Positions 63,045 to 64,000 of a stretch of 64,000 bases of DNA are shown here, one piece after another. Within the stretch, counting starts at the first letter, position 1, and the number at the start of each line of letters is the position of its first letter. Both the position numbers and the translations under genes were made by a program. This stretch comes from Paramecium tetraurelia (Eukaryota): the NCBI GenBank assembly GCA_000165425.1, contig CT868518.1, positions 124,001 through 188,000 of the forward strand, given 5' to 3'. The notes under the pieces were generated by a model. The model was given only the letters and a program-made list of their open reading frames with translations, had not been told where the DNA came from and did no database searches.

Positions 63045-64000
63045 ATGAGTTATTCGAACAAGGAGAATATAGATGATACTTAGATATTGATAGACCAGGA
63101 TGAAGTGCTTGAATTCGTGAAGCAAATGAAAATGATGAATAAACAATTTATTTCGCAAATCAAACAGCTTATTCGAGAGAAAGAGGAATACAAATTTTTG
63201 ATTCAGGAACTACAATGTCAATTGCAAAGGAAGAGTGACCAATTACAGCAGTAAGAGATGATAATCTAGGAGTGCGAACTATAGGTAGCATTTGTATAGG
63301 TTATTGTAGTTAGAGTCATGCAGGTCGAATTATGAAGAACAAGTTAATCGGTTAGAAGCAGAGTTGAAATTAAATTAAATGGTGTTCTAAATTGAATTGA
63401 GTCAGTAGAAATAGGAGATTGTGGATCTGAGTGATAAATTGAAAAGCACTCAATAAGGCTACTCGACCACTGTGGCTACTTCATTTTTATAAACATCTTT
63501 CAATTAGAAATAGGATAGTCTGTTCAAAGTATGATTAATTAATAAATTTAGGACAGTCACACATTAGAGAGTGTGGGACAGACTGAAGGAGACTAGAGCA
63601 TAATGTCCAATAAAAACAAAGGTTAGAGGATGATGTTGAAGATAATGCAAGATCCCATAACTAACTTAAAGAAACAGAAGGAGCTAATTAAGCGGGAAAT
63701 TACTTAATGGTAAGATGAGTTTCTTAGGAAAGAAGGTAGACCACCATCCTTTAATGATAAATAATCGATTAGTACCAAGTTTTATCAATATACTATTTTG
63801 AAGAAGCAGTTGAATGATCGCAGTACTATCATTTAAGATAGCACAGATTGCAAGAATGTTGGAGTTCAATGCAATTTGATAGATGCATCATAGATCATTT
63901 AAATGCAAGAACTATTGAGACAGAAAACTCATGAGATCAGGAGATTGAGTTTTTAATTAGAAGATTTGAAGGGGAAGGTGAAGGTCTACTGTAGAGTGAG
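63045..64000 (+). CDS. C-terminal-motor kinesin (kinesin-14-like), 3' truncated
   Basis: Long coiled coil followed by RRLSFQLEDLKGKVKVYCRV, the kinesin-14 neck and motor start. Confidence 0.8.

Noticed and set aside
1..64000. CRISPR arrays, tRNA or rRNA genes, prokaryotic mobile elements
   Set aside because: No regularly spaced repeats, cloverleaf-compatible segments or rRNA-like stretches were recognised

Overview
This is AT-rich, gene-dense eukaryotic DNA that reads as ciliate macronuclear sequence, most likely Paramecium: TAA/TAG encode Gln, TGA is the only stop, and GT-AG introns are about 22-33 nt. The supplied standard-code ORF track therefore fragments every gene. Re-translation by eye gives about 29 intact protein genes and three decaying pseudogenes (WDR61/Ski8-like, DNAJC25-like, PDI-like). 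Intact genes include an ankyrin protein, a ~3600-aa Cys-rich REJ/GPS-type receptor, a CDPK-like pseudokinase, an axonemal dynein-light-chain-domain protein, two TLDc proteins, a TmcB-like PAS membrane protein, fibrillarin, RIB43A, syntaxin, a Rab, a P1B ATPase, an HSF, THOC6, LRRC61, two mitoribosomal proteins and a kinesin-14. Two non-coding features stand out. (1) Two inverted copies, 14 kb apart, of a ~128-nt candidate small-RNA gene. Each has an AAACCCATAA upstream element at identical spacing, a variable 5' segment and a 102-bp identical 3' block containing a T5 run, and it matches no RNA family I recognise. (2) A 136-nt intron in the HSF gene whose long hairpin covers a proximal 3' splice site that would lead to a premature stop. 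Coordinates come from manual reading; starts and intron borders of hypothetical genes are approximate.
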